Shown: in pieces, positions 9,844-19,665 of the stretch | Layout: each line of letters begins with the position of its first letter | How positions within the stretch are numbered: position 1 is the first letter of the stretch | From: an uncultured Candidatus Saccharibacteria bacterium | GTDB taxonomy: Bacteria; Patescibacteriota; Dojkabacteria; J137 | Assembly (NCBI GenBank): GCA_965230975.1 | Contig: OZ246402.1 | Span: 229,771 to 293,770, forward strand | Length of the DNA stretch: 64,000 nt | Direction: 5' to 3' | Notes under the pieces: model-generated | What the model saw: only the letters and a program-made list of their open reading frames with translations | Databases searched by the model: none | What the model was told of the DNA's origin: nothing | Position numbers and translations under genes: made by a program

Positions 9844-10821
9844 ATGCCAAAAGCAGGTGTACCCACAAAAGAAGATCAGTTTACTCAAAGGCTAACCGAT
9901 ATATATTCGGATAAATCTAAGGAAATTATTGCTTGTCATAGTATTTTGCATTCTAAGACTTTTAGAATTAACACCTTAAAATCAAATATGTTAGAGGTAT
10001 TAGATTCGTTAAAGACCAAAGGTTTTGAGATTACTGAATCCAGTATGCAAAAAGCCTATATCTGTTTAAATGAATCTGAATCTATTCGGCTTAGTGATAC
10101 AGATGCATCAAAATCATTTAAGATTTACATTCAAGAGCTATCAAGCATGATTCCAGCGTTGTTACTTGATTTACAAACTGGAGATAAAGTTTTAGACCTT
10201 TGTGCGGCACCTGGGAGTAAGACAACTCAAATTGCAGATACGCTTGGTAATAAAGGAGAAATAGTAGCTAATGAACAAAATAGAGATAGGTTTTTTAAAC
10301 TAATGCAAATTATAAAAGACTATGGAGCAGTTGTAAAAACAATAAATGAAAACGGTAAAATATTGCCCCATAAATACCCAAATTATGTCCAGTATTTCGA
10401 CAAAATCATTGTAGACGTTCCGTGTTCAAACGAAGCAAGTCTAAGATTTGATCAACCTAAAACTTTTAAGTTTTGGAAAAGCTCTAACTCGTCAGGTTTG
10501 TCTAAATTACAAAAAGGCATTTTAGCAGCAGGAATTTCTATGCTAAAGCCGGGTGGGACTTTAATTTATTCAACTTGTACTTATGCTGTAGAAGAAAATG
10601 AAGGAGTAGTGGATTGGGCCTTAAAAAAACACCCAGATATTAAACTTGAGGAAATAGATTTTTCTAAAATACCAGAATTAGAAAATGTTAAGAATACTTT
10701 GCCCGGTTTAACAGAATACAAAAATAAGAATTTTGATAAAAGCCTAGGTAATACACTAAGAATTCTTCCAAATGAATACTTTAAAGGATTTTATGTAGCT
10801 AAGTTAATAAAACGCTTGTAG
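9844..10821 (+). CDS. RsmB/RsmF (NOL1/NOP2/Sun) RNA m5C methyltransferase
   Basis: IQELSSM, VLDLCAAPGSKT, DVPCS, YSTCT, ENE. Confidence 0.9.
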   Translation: MPKAGVPTKEDQFTQRLTDIYSDKSKEIIACHSILHSKTFRINTLKSNMLEVLDSLKTKGFEITESSMQKAYICLNESESIRLSDTDASKSFKIYIQELSSMIPALLLDLQTGDKVLDLCAAPGSKTTQIADTLGNKGEIVANEQNRDRFFKLMQIIKDYGAVVKTINENGKILPHKYPNYVQYFDKIIVDVPCSNEASLRFDQPKTFKFWKSSNSSGLSKLQKGILAAGISMLKPGGTLIYSTCTYAVEENEGVVDWALKKHPDIKLEEIDFSKIPELENVKNTLPGLTEYKNKNFDKSLGNTLRILPNEYFKGFYVAKLIKRL

Positions 10822-10837
10822 GTGTTATAATCGAGGC

Positions 10838-11605
10838 ATGGACAAAGGTATTAATATTGAAGAAAAAACAAATGAATTTATAAGAGCATCTATAGAAAAA
10901 CTAAGTGATGTTACTCAAGTTTCAGCTCTATTAGAGGGGCAAGCTATTAACGAGCAATTACTACTCGAGATTATTCAAACTTCAAAAAGATATTTTAATG
11001 CACTCATTAAAATTGCAAATTTAACAGATGAAGAATTAGCATTTCAAGAAATTGCTTCTGAGGTATGCAAAATTGAAGGTATAGAGGATCATTCTGCATC
11101 AAGTTTAGATGTGATGGATGTTCATCAGATTCTAAGTAAATTTCAAATAGAAAGACTTTACGAAAACTTAATATCTCCAAATGCAATGGGTGAGATTTAC
11201 CAAAGTGCAGTTAATGATTTAGCCAAAAGAATGCAGGGGGGTACAGATTTGCATTCTCAAGGTTTAAAACCGTCAGATAAAGACCCACGTTTTGACAATG
11301 TTATTTATGGCCACGTAATGAATTTAAAGTATCCAGAAATCATTCACTTTATTATCACTCACTACATAGTAAGAATGTTTAGAGTATTGTTTCTAGAAGA
11401 TAAAAACCCAGAAGTTAGAAAGTTAGCTGAAAGCAAAGATGCCTTAATAAATGCAATTGGGGATATAATTTTAATTAATGCAACCAAAACAAACTATAGG
11501 TATTGGAAGGATTTATTAAAGATTTGGATTACACCAAAAGGAGAAGGTGGCTTAGGTTGGATAGACCCTAGAAAGCCTAGAATCTATCAATCCCTTGTAG
11601 TATAA
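10838..11605 (+). CDS. Hypothetical protein
   Basis: 255-aa ORF; TGtTATAAT 6 nt before ATG. Confidence 0.7.
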   Translation: MDKGINIEEKTNEFIRASIEKLSDVTQVSALLEGQAINEQLLLEIIQTSKRYFNALIKIANLTDEELAFQEIASEVCKIEGIEDHSASSLDVMDVHQILSKFQIERLYENLISPNAMGEIYQSAVNDLAKRMQGGTDLHSQGLKPSDKDPRFDNVIYGHVMNLKYPEIIHFIITHYIVRMFRVLFLEDKNPEVRKLAESKDALINAIGDIILINATKTNYRYWKDLLKIWITPKGEGGLGWIDPRKPRIYQSLVV

Positions 11606-11610
11606 TCATC

Positions 11611-11658
11611 ATGATGAAAAATTCAATCGCTTTTACAAACCATCATCACCTCCATTAA
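11611..11658 (+). CDS. His-rich leader peptide MMKNSIAFTNHHHLH
   Basis: CAT CAT CAC CTC CAT TAA directly upstream of attenuator and hisS; TATAAT at 11601-11606. Confidence 0.85.
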   Translation: MMKNSIAFTNHHHLH

Positions 11659-11716
11659 ATCTGGAGGAATATTCACGCATATTCAAACCTCCAGAAATGG
11701 AGGTTTTTTTCTTTTT
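11649..11716 (+). promoter_or_regulatory. Transcription attenuator of hisS (1:2, 2:3, 3:4 hairpins)
   Basis: CCTCCA / TCTGGAGG / AAACCTCCAGA / TGGAGGTTT followed by T-tract. Confidence 0.85.
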
Positions 11717-11745
11717 AAGTTATTATCAATTATTAAATAAATTAT

Positions 11746-13020
11746 ATGAACAAATTATCAAATCAACCCGTAAAAGGTACTGCAGACTGGTTTCCAGAAG
11801 AATATGCAGTTAGAAAATATATATTCGATACCTGGAGAAAAGTATGCATAAGCTTTGGCTATCAAGAATACTTGGCACCAGTGGTAGAAAATGCAGAGGT
11901 TTACAGGGCCAAATCCGGCGAAGATGTGGGCGGAACGGAACTAATGTCGTTTTTTGACAGAGGAGGCCGGGAAATGGCAATAAGGCCCGAAATGACACCA
12001 TCTGTAACTCGTATGGTCACTCAAATTTACGAGAGTAGCCCTAAACCAATTAGGTACTTTTCTATTGCAAATTTTTTTAGAAACGAAAAACCTCAAAAAG
12101 GTAGAAACAGAGAGTTTTGGCAATTAAATGCAGATATGTTTGGAAGTGACTCTATAAATGCAGATATTGAAGTATTAAGACTATCTTTAGAACTCTTATT
12201 AGCATTTAATCCTCCAAAAAACAGCTTTGTACTTAATGTAAATAACAGAAAACTTATAGATTACATACTTAACGAAATTGCTAAGGTAACAGAGACTCAA
12301 AGAATTCAAGTAGTTAGAGTTTTAGATAAATGGCAAAAACTACCAATTGAAGAAATTAGAACTAGACTAGCTGTGGCAGGACTTTCTGCTAACCAAACTA
12401 GAAATCTTGAACTATTTATGACAAGTACTAATAGCGAACAACTTGTTAAAAACCTTCCAGAAATAAAAGAATCTGAAGGCTTTAAAGAGATCGAAACAAT
12501 AATTTCAACTTTAAATAACTTAGGATATTCTGAATGGGTAGCCTTTCAGCCAAACATTATTAGAGGCTTTGATTATTATGATGGAATGGTTTTTGAAGTA
12601 TCAGATAAAAATCCAGAAAATCCAAGAGCGTTATTTGGTGGCGGTAGATACAATGGCTTAGCTGGAATATTTGGTTCTCAGTCTTTCCCTGCTGTTGGGT
12701 TTGCCCCAGGAGATGAAACAACCAAGCTTTTTCTACAAGGTTGGAATTTGATACCAGAAAACTTAAAACCAGTAACTTACTATTTACCATTGCTTTCAGA
12801 GGAACTTGTTGAGCCAGCTTCTAAGTTAGCTCAAAAGTTAAGAAATGAAGGGAAAAATGTAATTCAAGGTTTAGAGTTGCAAAAGTTTGGAAAAGCATTT
12901 GATTACGCAAATAAAATAAAGGCAGACTATGTTGTGATTTTTGGAGAAGACGAGCGGGGTAGAGGTGAATATCAAATTAAGGATATGAAAAAAGGCGAAC
13001 AAACAACTTTTAAACTATGA
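11746..13020 (+). CDS. hisS: Histidine--tRNA ligase
   Basis: RPEMT, FRNEKPQKGRNREFWQ, RGFDYY, GGGRY. Confidence 0.97.
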   Translation: MNKLSNQPVKGTADWFPEEYAVRKYIFDTWRKVCISFGYQEYLAPVVENAEVYRAKSGEDVGGTELMSFFDRGGREMAIRPEMTPSVTRMVTQIYESSPKPIRYFSIANFFRNEKPQKGRNREFWQLNADMFGSDSINADIEVLRLSLELLLAFNPPKNSFVLNVNNRKLIDYILNEIAKVTETQRIQVVRVLDKWQKLPIEEIRTRLAVAGLSANQTRNLELFMTSTNSEQLVKNLPEIKESEGFKEIETIISTLNNLGYSEWVAFQPNIIRGFDYYDGMVFEVSDKNPENPRALFGGGRYNGLAGIFGSQSFPAVGFAPGDETTKLFLQGWNLIPENLKPVTYYLPLLSEELVEPASKLAQKLRNEGKNVIQGLELQKFGKAFDYANKIKADYVVIFGEDERGRGEYQIKDMKKGEQTTFKL

Positions 13021-13295
13021 CAAATTTAGACCAATTTATTGATACTGCAGAAGATGATCCATTTCAAATCTACGCCTTTTTTAAAGAGGGTTCTATTGAT
13101 TATGTAGAAACAAATGTGGGGAGTGGAGTATTGATTATCCAAGTCAAAGGGGAAAGTTTTGAACACGATGAATCGATTAGGCTTGCTATTGATACTGAAA
13201 CAGCAAGGCTTGTAGCACATTCTATTGATTGTAATACAACATATACTCAGTTAAAGAATCTTTTAACATCTCTTAACATAAGTTGGTTAGACTAG
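13017..13295 (+). CDS. Hypothetical acidic protein
   Basis: ATGA overlap with hisS stop. Confidence 0.65.
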   Translation: MTNLDQFIDTAEDDPFQIYAFFKEGSIDYVETNVGSGVLIIQVKGESFEHDESIRLAIDTETARLVAHSIDCNTTYTQLKNLLTSLNISWLD

Positions 13296-13309
13296 GAAAC
13301 TAATTAAAA

Positions 13310-13783
13310 ATGAGAATTTTTGGATTTGGCTTTCAACTACACAATGTTTCTTCTAGAACTTTATATCAAATTGAAGGTTTTGAGCACAGAACTCTTCTTT
13401 GGGGTGTAAAAAGTATAGATAAATACCTTGAAAAACTTTTAAAAGATCAGCCACAATATATTTTGGGTTTGGGAATTTATACTGGAAAAGGAAAAGACTA
13501 TTTACATTTAGAAACAGAGACTGTAAATCAGTTTAAAAAATCTAAAATAGATGATGTTATTCAAGAAAAACTAAATATAAATCCATTTTTAAAAGAGTCG
13601 GAAAAACTAAAATTTACAAATACCATTGGTACTTCATTTTGTAATTATGTAAGTTGGAAAATTGTGTCTGAAATTCAAAAGGGCAAACTTAAATCAGAAT
13701 ATTCTTTTGTTCATATTCCCAAAAGTTTTGAAGCTAGTATGTCTGGTACAGTTATTCAGGATCAATTAGATAATCTCTCTTAA
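13310..13783 (+). CDS. Pyroglutamyl-peptidase I (C15)-like protein
   Basis: LETETVN (Glu), GTSFCNY (Cys), FVHIP (His). Confidence 0.7.
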   Translation: MRIFGFGFQLHNVSSRTLYQIEGFEHRTLLWGVKSIDKYLEKLLKDQPQYILGLGIYTGKGKDYLHLETETVNQFKKSKIDDVIQEKLNINPFLKESEKLKFTNTIGTSFCNYVSWKIVSEIQKGKLKSEYSFVHIPKSFEASMSGTVIQDQLDNLS

Positions 13784-14149
13784 AAGCTCTTTGTATACCC
13801 TTTCAAGTTTAAGGTCAAAAGTAAGTAATTTTGCATTATATCTTTTGCATAAAGCTAAAATTAAACAATCATTTGCCTTTAAACTTCGGGCTGTTGCAGG
13901 CGGAATAGTTTTTAGAAATTCTAGGTCTTGGTCGTTATTATTTATGAATTTGCTTGAGAAACTTCTTGCTAATGAAACAAAATCAAAAAAGTTTGATCCA
14001 ATAGAAAGTTCTGCAGCAACTATAAATGGAACTAAATTTTTACTGTTACTTTCTTGATTCCGCATTATTTCTCTGGCTTTGAGATAGTTACTATCATCTT
14101 CATCTGCAAAAGAGAATATAAAACTTGTATCTATAATATATGTAGTCAT
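13766..14149 (-). CDS. PIN-domain (VapC-like) toxin
   Basis: IIDTSF, AEL, ANDCLILA, LLTFD. Confidence 0.85.
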   Translation of the reverse strand: MTTYIIDTSFIFSFADEDDSNYLKAREIMRNQESNSKNLVPFIVAAELSIGSNFFDFVSLARSFSSKFINNNDQDLEFLKTIPPATARSLKANDCLILALCKRYNAKLLTFDLKLERVYKELLREII

Positions 14150-14397
14150 TAACTTCTTACTTCTCTTTGAAAATTAAGTCCATTGCTACCCTTTTTCCCA
14201 CTTTTGAATTTATATTTTTCAAGATTAGATAAATATTCTTCTCGGGCTTTGTCTTGAACCACATCAGTTTTTTTAAAGGTAAGAGTATAAGTTACCTTTT
14301 TTGGTTTGCTTTTAGATATAGTTATTTCTTCGCCCTTTTCGGCTAATGCTAAGTAGTAACCTACGTTTTGCTGAAATTCTGTAGAACTAACAGTCAT
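14149..14397 (-). CDS. Phd/YefM-family antitoxin
   Basis: MTVSSTEFQQNVGYYL...GEEITI; overlaps toxin start; ATG 14397 preferred. Confidence 0.8.
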   Translation of the reverse strand: MTVSSTEFQQNVGYYLALAEKGEEITISKSKPKKVTYTLTFKKTDVVQDKAREEYLSNLEKYKFKSGKKGSNGLNFQREVRS

Positions 14398-14404
14398 CTT
14401 TATT

Positions 14405-14432
14405 ATAGATAACATAATTTAATAGATAACAT
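14405..14432. repeat. 11-bp direct repeat ATAGATAACAT x2, candidate TA auto-operator
   Basis: 14405-14415 and 14422-14432, next to TATAAT boxes upstream of the antitoxin. Confidence 0.5.
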
Positions 14433-14468
14433 TATAATTTAAATATACAATTTTTAGTAGATTTAAAT

Positions 14469-14553
14469 ATTATATTTGTGAATTCTTACATAATTCTTAC
14501 AAATTGAAATTTTGTAACAAACAAATTCAATTTAGTTCACAATTTGAAATTTG
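14469..14553 (-). promoter_or_regulatory. Conserved promoter element copy C (TA operon): TGTAAG-N5-TGTAAG-N10-TATAAT plus upstream box
   Basis: Close match over ~75 bp to the 47161-47257 copy. Confidence 0.75.
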
Positions 14554-14637
14554 CTGGTAAAAAACTACAAGTATAGTTTTTTTTTATAAAATTCTTTTTA
14601 CAGCAAGACTTTAAAATAAAAACCCGCTAGAATATGT

Positions 14638-15852
14638 ATGATGAAATCATTGGGAATCCCAAACAACAAATTTTTAGTAGGTACTGCATCATCTGCACAT
14701 CAAATTGAAGGAGATAATATTTATAACAACTGGCATAAAAAAGAAATAATGCTGGAACAAATTGAAGATTCTGGCAAAGCAATTAATGGTTATGAGCTTT
14801 ATAAGACTGATAGAAAAATAATGCAAGATTTGGGTTGCAACGCATATCGGTTTTCTATTGAATGGTCAAGAATAAACCCAACGGAAGGAGTTTATAAAGA
14901 TAAAGAGATTGAACACTATAACAATGTGATATCAGATTTAATAGATAATGGAATAACACCTGTAATTACGCTTCATCATTTTACTAATCCAATTTGGTTT
15001 GCAGAAAAGGGAGGTTGGTTAAAAAGATCTAACGTATCTTACTTTATAAAATATTTAGAATATTTAATTCCTAGATTGGATAATCGGGTAGAGTACTTTA
15101 TTACAATCAACGAACCAAATGTGTATACTGCTTCCCAATATGTTGTAAAGGCCTGGTATCCTTACGAGCTAAATATTATTAAAGCATACAAAAAATATCA
15201 TAATTTGTTAGATGCTCATAAAAAAACTTACTCACTTGTAAAAAAATATTTTCCAAATAGTCAAATCAGTTTTGCAACAAATCATATGGTTATTAAACCA
15301 ATGAAAAATTTTGCCTACCCGATTAATTATTTACTTACTAAAATTGCAAAGTATTTAATTAACCAATATTTTTTGAATAGAGCATTAAGCACTATAGACT
15401 TTATAGCATTTAATTTTTACGGAATATTTTCTTTAGGATTAACTCGAGAAGGTATTAACACATTCCCAGATTTAAAAAAGATTTTTACAAATACAGGTGC
15501 CTCGTCTTATAAATATTTTCCTGCAGAATCAATTTCGGTTGCCCTAGATGAGCTTAATAAATACAAAAAACCTTTGATGATAACTGAAAATGGTTTACTA
15601 ACAGATCATGATGATGAGAGGGTTGGGTTCTTAAAAGTTGTATTTAAATCTATAAAAGAATGGAATCGAAAAAATAAAAACCTAATTGGATATTTTCACT
15701 GGACTTTAATAGATAATTACGAGTGGGAATTAGGATACAAAGCTCAATATGGTTTGTTTACCTACAATAAAGATACATTTGAAAGGATTCCTAAAGAGAG
15801 TTCAAAAGTGTTTAAACTACTGCTAACTCATTTTAAGTCAATAAAGTTTTAA
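14638..15852 (+). CDS. Glycoside hydrolase family 1 (beta-glucosidase-like)
   Basis: AHQIEG, YRFSIEWSR, TINEP, ITENG, DNYEW. Confidence 0.93.
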   Translation: MMKSLGIPNNKFLVGTASSAHQIEGDNIYNNWHKKEIMLEQIEDSGKAINGYELYKTDRKIMQDLGCNAYRFSIEWSRINPTEGVYKDKEIEHYNNVISDLIDNGITPVITLHHFTNPIWFAEKGGWLKRSNVSYFIKYLEYLIPRLDNRVEYFITINEPNVYTASQYVVKAWYPYELNIIKAYKKYHNLLDAHKKTYSLVKKYFPNSQISFATNHMVIKPMKNFAYPINYLLTKIAKYLINQYFLNRALSTIDFIAFNFYGIFSLGLTREGINTFPDLKKIFTNTGASSYKYFPAESISVALDELNKYKKPLMITENGLLTDHDDERVGFLKVVFKSIKEWNRKNKNLIGYFHWTLIDNYEWELGYKAQYGLFTYNKDTFERIPKESSKVFKLLLTHFKSIKF

Positions 15853-15948
15853 TAGCGTCTTAAGCTTTCCAAATAATTAAATTAGATGTAGACTGACTAT
15901 GTCCGGTATTAAGACAACTGGCTTAATTTCTTTTACCTAATTATAAAT

Positions 15949-16731
15949 ATGAAAAATCTAGACAGTATTATTAAGTTCTTAGCTTCTTTAGGTTTAAGTT
16001 TTGATCAATCAAAAATATATATATCTTTGTTAGACGAACCTGGTGTCACAATTTTACAATTATCTAGAAATAGCAAAATAAGTAGAACAAATGTATATAG
16101 AATTGTAGAAGAGTTGGTAAAACTTGGTTTGATAGATGAAATTAAAAGAGACGGGAAAAAGTTATTATTTCCAGTGGGAGCACATAAATTAGAATTAATT
16201 GTTAAAGAGCAGGAATCTAAAGTAGAACTGATGAGAAATGTTTTGCCAGAACTTTCTGCATTAATTACATCTAGTGAAACTATTAATCAATCTGGAACTA
16301 AAGTTCAATTATATAAAGGGGTAGAGGGTGTTAAGCAAATGGTTTGGAATACTTTAAGGGCAAATAAAGAGTGTGTGGGATTTACATTTAGAAGTTTAAA
16401 AGAGATTGTTGGAGAGCAATTTGAACAAGACTGGAGAAGGGAATTTATTACCAGAAAGTTAAAATTTAGAGATATTGTGAGTGATAGTTTTTTAGCAAGT
16501 ACTATTGGTGAAGAACAAAAGCTTAGCTCGGTTGATTCTGTATTTAGAACTAAATATTTACCCAAAACTACTTTGGATATTAATCATCAGGTAGATATTT
16601 ATAATAATGTTGTAGCATATTATTTATGGACTGATAGTGAAATTTTTGGACTAGAAATTTACAACCTACGAATTGCAGATATGCAAAGGCAACTGTTTGA
16701 ATTAGCTTGGGAAAAGGGTATGGAAGTTTAG
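15949..16731 (+). CDS. TrmB-family transcriptional regulator
   Basis: N-terminal wHTH (SRTNVYRIVEELVKLGLI), YKGVEGVK, effector-domain-like C-terminus. Confidence 0.85.
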   Translation: MKNLDSIIKFLASLGLSFDQSKIYISLLDEPGVTILQLSRNSKISRTNVYRIVEELVKLGLIDEIKRDGKKLLFPVGAHKLELIVKEQESKVELMRNVLPELSALITSSETINQSGTKVQLYKGVEGVKQMVWNTLRANKECVGFTFRSLKEIVGEQFEQDWRREFITRKLKFRDIVSDSFLASTIGEEQKLSSVDSVFRTKYLPKTTLDINHQVDIYNNVVAYYLWTDSEIFGLEIYNLRIADMQRQLFELAWEKGMEV

Positions 16732-16755
16732 TTAATAAATTCCACACCCTTTATT

Positions 16756-17544
16756 TTATAAACCAATTTTAGCTTTAATTTGCGCAATTTCTGACTGTAA
16801 TGATTTAACCTCTTTATCCTTTTGTATTAAATGAAGGGTTAATTCTTCAATTTTTTCCATTTGGAGTTTAGTTAATTCTCCTAAATCTACACCTGATTTT
16901 TGCAAATTCTCTGAACTAGGTATGTTTGGTAAATGCCCGTTTTGATTAATGTAAGTTTCAACTTCGGGTAAGCTTTTTAATTTGTAGTTTTTGCTAAAAA
17001 CATAATCAGCCCAGCCAGAGGCAGTTACGGTTACTTGCTTTGTTTTTAATTTGCCGTTAATTTCAGTATTACCTAAAGGGTCAATGTAAAAGAGTGCTTT
17101 AAGGTTGGTGATGGCACTAGTACTTTGTGGATCGGCATGGAATATTTTAAAATAACCTGCGTTGTTTTCTGTCACAAAGCTACTTAATACCCAGGTTTCT
17201 TTACCGATCTCTCTTCTGTACCATCTGTCTGAAACATATCCATTTGTAGCAATATTGTTGTAGCCCCTACCATCTTTCCCCTTTGTACCGGCAATCCACC
17301 ATGACCCTGCACCATCCCCAATGTAAGCTTTACCTTGACTACTACTAAATGAGTCTGATGGGGTAGAGTAATTGATTGTTAAATTGTCTACCGGATTAGT
17401 AGTACCAATACCAACGTTACCAGAGTTAAAATAGATGTTAGAACCATTATAATTCCAAGGAAAGTCACCAATGGCAGCATAGCTTTTCGGCGCAATTGTT
17501 ATGCCAAAGATAAACATTACTGCTAAGAGTAATAATTTTTTCAT
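16756..17544 (-). CDS. Secreted protein with GNVGIGTT motif and WADYVF...HLPNIPS C-terminal domain (tail-fibre/chaperone-like)
   Basis: Signal peptide (SYA|A), GNVGIGTTNP, WADYVF, HLPNIPS, terminal coiled coil. Confidence 0.7.
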   Translation of the reverse strand: MKKLLLLAVMFIFGITIAPKSYAAIGDFPWNYNGSNIYFNSGNVGIGTTNPVDNLTINYSTPSDSFSSSQGKAYIGDGAGSWWIAGTKGKDGRGYNNIATNGYVSDRWYRREIGKETWVLSSFVTENNAGYFKIFHADPQSTSAITNLKALFYIDPLGNTEINGKLKTKQVTVTASGWADYVFSKNYKLKSLPEVETYINQNGHLPNIPSSENLQKSGVDLGELTKLQMEKIEELTLHLIQKDKEVKSLQSEIAQIKAKIGL

Positions 17545-17601
17545 TTATTAAAACTAATATTTAATTTGATTGCTGCAGCAATAGCTTTCAAAACTAGTAT
17601 T

Positions 17602-17646
17602 AGTTTAAGTTACAAATCTTACAAAAACCTTACAATTTGAAATTTT
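17602..17646 (-). promoter_or_regulatory. Conserved promoter element copy D: TGTAAG-N5-TGTAAG-N10-TAAACT
   Basis: + strand CTTACA at 17618-17623 and 17629-17634, AGTTTA at 17602-17607. Confidence 0.7.
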
Positions 17647-17727
17647 CTGGAATTTTAATTAAGCAGGTTTAAAGTTTCTTAAGTAGAAATTACTAAGCAC
17701 ATTGATAGTTACAGAGATTGAAAACAC

Positions 17728-18729
17728 TTATTTTGTGTAGTTATCTTTATACCATTTCCACATGCTCTCAATCATCTCTTCTATATTACGTTTTGCTTCC
17801 CAAGAAAGCTCTTTTTTGGCTTTGGATGCATCGCATGTAGAAAATACTACATCTCCAGCTCGCCTTGGTGCTACTTCGTAATCTAGTTTTTGTTTGGTTA
17901 CATTTTCAAAGGCTTTTATAACTTCTAAAACTGTCGTGCCTTTTCCAGTTCCTAAATTAAATAAGAAACTACCGCTATTTTTCTCAAGGTAATCTAGTCC
18001 AGCTAAATGACCTTCAACAAGATCTAGTACATGTATATAGTCTCTCACGCCAGTACCGTCTCGGGTAGGGTAGTCAGTTCCAAATACCTTTAACTTCATT
18101 GGCCTTAATCCTAAATGAGACATCATTAGTGCCGGTATCAGATTTTGCGGGTTTTCTGCTTCCTCTCCAATTTCTCCTGTTTCTAAATTTCCTGCCAGGT
18201 TAAAGTATCTAAAAATTACAGAGCTTATTCCAAATGCTTTGTGTGCATCTTTTAAGATTTGCTCTACCATATATTTTGTCCAAGCATAGGGTGATTCCGG
18301 GCTTGGCTTATAATCTTCTGTGAGTGGTTTGTCATCTGTCATGCCATAAACTGCAGCTGTAGAAGAGAATACAATTTTGTTTACGGAATTAGCTTTTGCC
18401 CATTCCAGCAGATTAATTGTTCCGCCTACATTGTTTCTATAGTATTCAATTGGGTTTTCTACAGATTCTCCAACGGCTTTTTTTGCGGCAAAGTGTATTA
18501 TTGTATTGATATTATCAAGTTTTAAGGTTAAAAGTTCTTCTTGATTTGTTAAGTCAATATTGTAAAAGTCAATTTTGGTGTTAAACATCTTTTCTAAGAC
18601 CTTTAAGTTCTTTCCTGAAGAATTTGAGAGATTGTCTATTACAATGGGTTTAAAACCGCTTTTAAGTAGTAAATAGACCATATGAGAACCGATGTAACCG
18701 GCTCCGCCGGAGATTAATATATTTTTCAT
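17728..18729 (-). CDS. galE: UDP-glucose 4-epimerase
   Basis: GGAGYIGSH, FAAKKAVGES, YAWTK, RDYIHV; ATG at 18729 preferred. Confidence 0.95.
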   Translation of the reverse strand: MKNILISGGAGYIGSHMVYLLLKSGFKPIVIDNLSNSSGKNLKVLEKMFNTKIDFYNIDLTNQEELLTLKLDNINTIIHFAAKKAVGESVENPIEYYRNNVGGTINLLEWAKANSVNKIVFSSTAAVYGMTDDKPLTEDYKPSPESPYAWTKYMVEQILKDAHKAFGISSVIFRYFNLAGNLETGEIGEEAENPQNLIPALMMSHLGLRPMKLKVFGTDYPTRDGTGVRDYIHVLDLVEGHLAGLDYLEKNSGSFLFNLGTGKGTTVLEVIKAFENVTKQKLDYEVAPRRAGDVVFSTCDASKAKKELSWEAKRNIEEMIESMWKWYKDNYTK

Positions 18730-18806
18730 AAAGTCGTTTTGAATAATATCTAATATTTGATAGTATACGTTGTTAAGCATATAATAACTCTGTTCAAACA
18801 ATCAAT

Positions 18807-19661
18807 ATGAATAATGAAAGAATAACGGTTTATTATCCAAATCAACGTATTAAAGTTGGATTTTTCGCAGCTTGGGCATTGATGGTAAAAAATATTATTA
18901 AATCTAGAGAGTTAATTTGGCAACTTTTTAGAAGAGATTTTTTAATGGCTTACAAAAAGTCTTTTTTTGGATTTAGTTGGTTAATAATTTCACCGTTAAT
19001 CGGAGTAGCGTCATGGGTTTTATTAAATGCTACTGGAATTCTTTCACCTGGATCAATAGACATCGCATTTTTGCCTTATGTCCTTTTAGGATCGTCATTA
19101 TGGGGGTTATTCATTGGCTTCTATTCATCTGCAATGGGAACATTAGATGCAGGAGCAGGTTTTATTAATCAAGTTAAATACCCACATGAGGCTTTACTTG
19201 TTAAGCAAACAGCTCAGCATTTAGCTAATTTTCTTACAACATTTGTATTAAATATTATTGTATTAGTTCTTTTCAGAGTTCAAATTCCTATAGAGATTAT
19301 TTTGTTTCCTATCGTTATTTTACCTTTATTCTTTTTAGGAGCAGGTATGGGTTTAATCATGTCTGTAATAAATGTTGTTGCACCGGATATCCCTAGATTG
19401 TTTGGAGTCTTTTTAAGTTTCTTGTTTTACGCAACTCCTATTGTTTATTCAGATCAAGTTTCTAGCCCTTTCTTGCAAAAATTGATAGAACTTAATCCGC
19501 TAACCTATTTAATTGGAGGTGTTAGAGATTTAATTATTAAAGGTGAATTAAAAGATATTAATATTTTTCTTACTTTATCTATTGTGTCCTTTGTTTTCTT
19601 TATGTTGGCATGGAGATTGTTCTATGTCTCTGAAGATAAAGCAATAGAAAAAATGATTTAA
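18807..19661 (+). CDS. wzm: Polysaccharide ABC exporter permease (Wzm/TagG-like)
   Basis: RELIWQLFRRD, FYATPIVY, LNPL. Confidence 0.9.
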   Translation: MNNERITVYYPNQRIKVGFFAAWALMVKNIIKSRELIWQLFRRDFLMAYKKSFFGFSWLIISPLIGVASWVLLNATGILSPGSIDIAFLPYVLLGSSLWGLFIGFYSSAMGTLDAGAGFINQVKYPHEALLVKQTAQHLANFLTTFVLNIIVLVLFRVQIPIEIILFPIVILPLFFLGAGMGLIMSVINVVAPDIPRLFGVFLSFLFYATPIVYSDQVSSPFLQKLIELNPLTYLIGGVRDLIIKGELKDINIFLTLSIVSFVFFMLAWRLFYVSEDKAIEKMI

Positions 19662-19665
19662 ACTT

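Noticed and set aside
15900-15916. TGTC-N9-GACA inverted repeat before trmB
   Set aside because: Only 4-bp arms and a single occurrence; too weak to call an operator.
16756-17544. Prophage interpretation of the tail-fibre-like gene
   Set aside because: It has a signal peptide and no phage genes are nearby.
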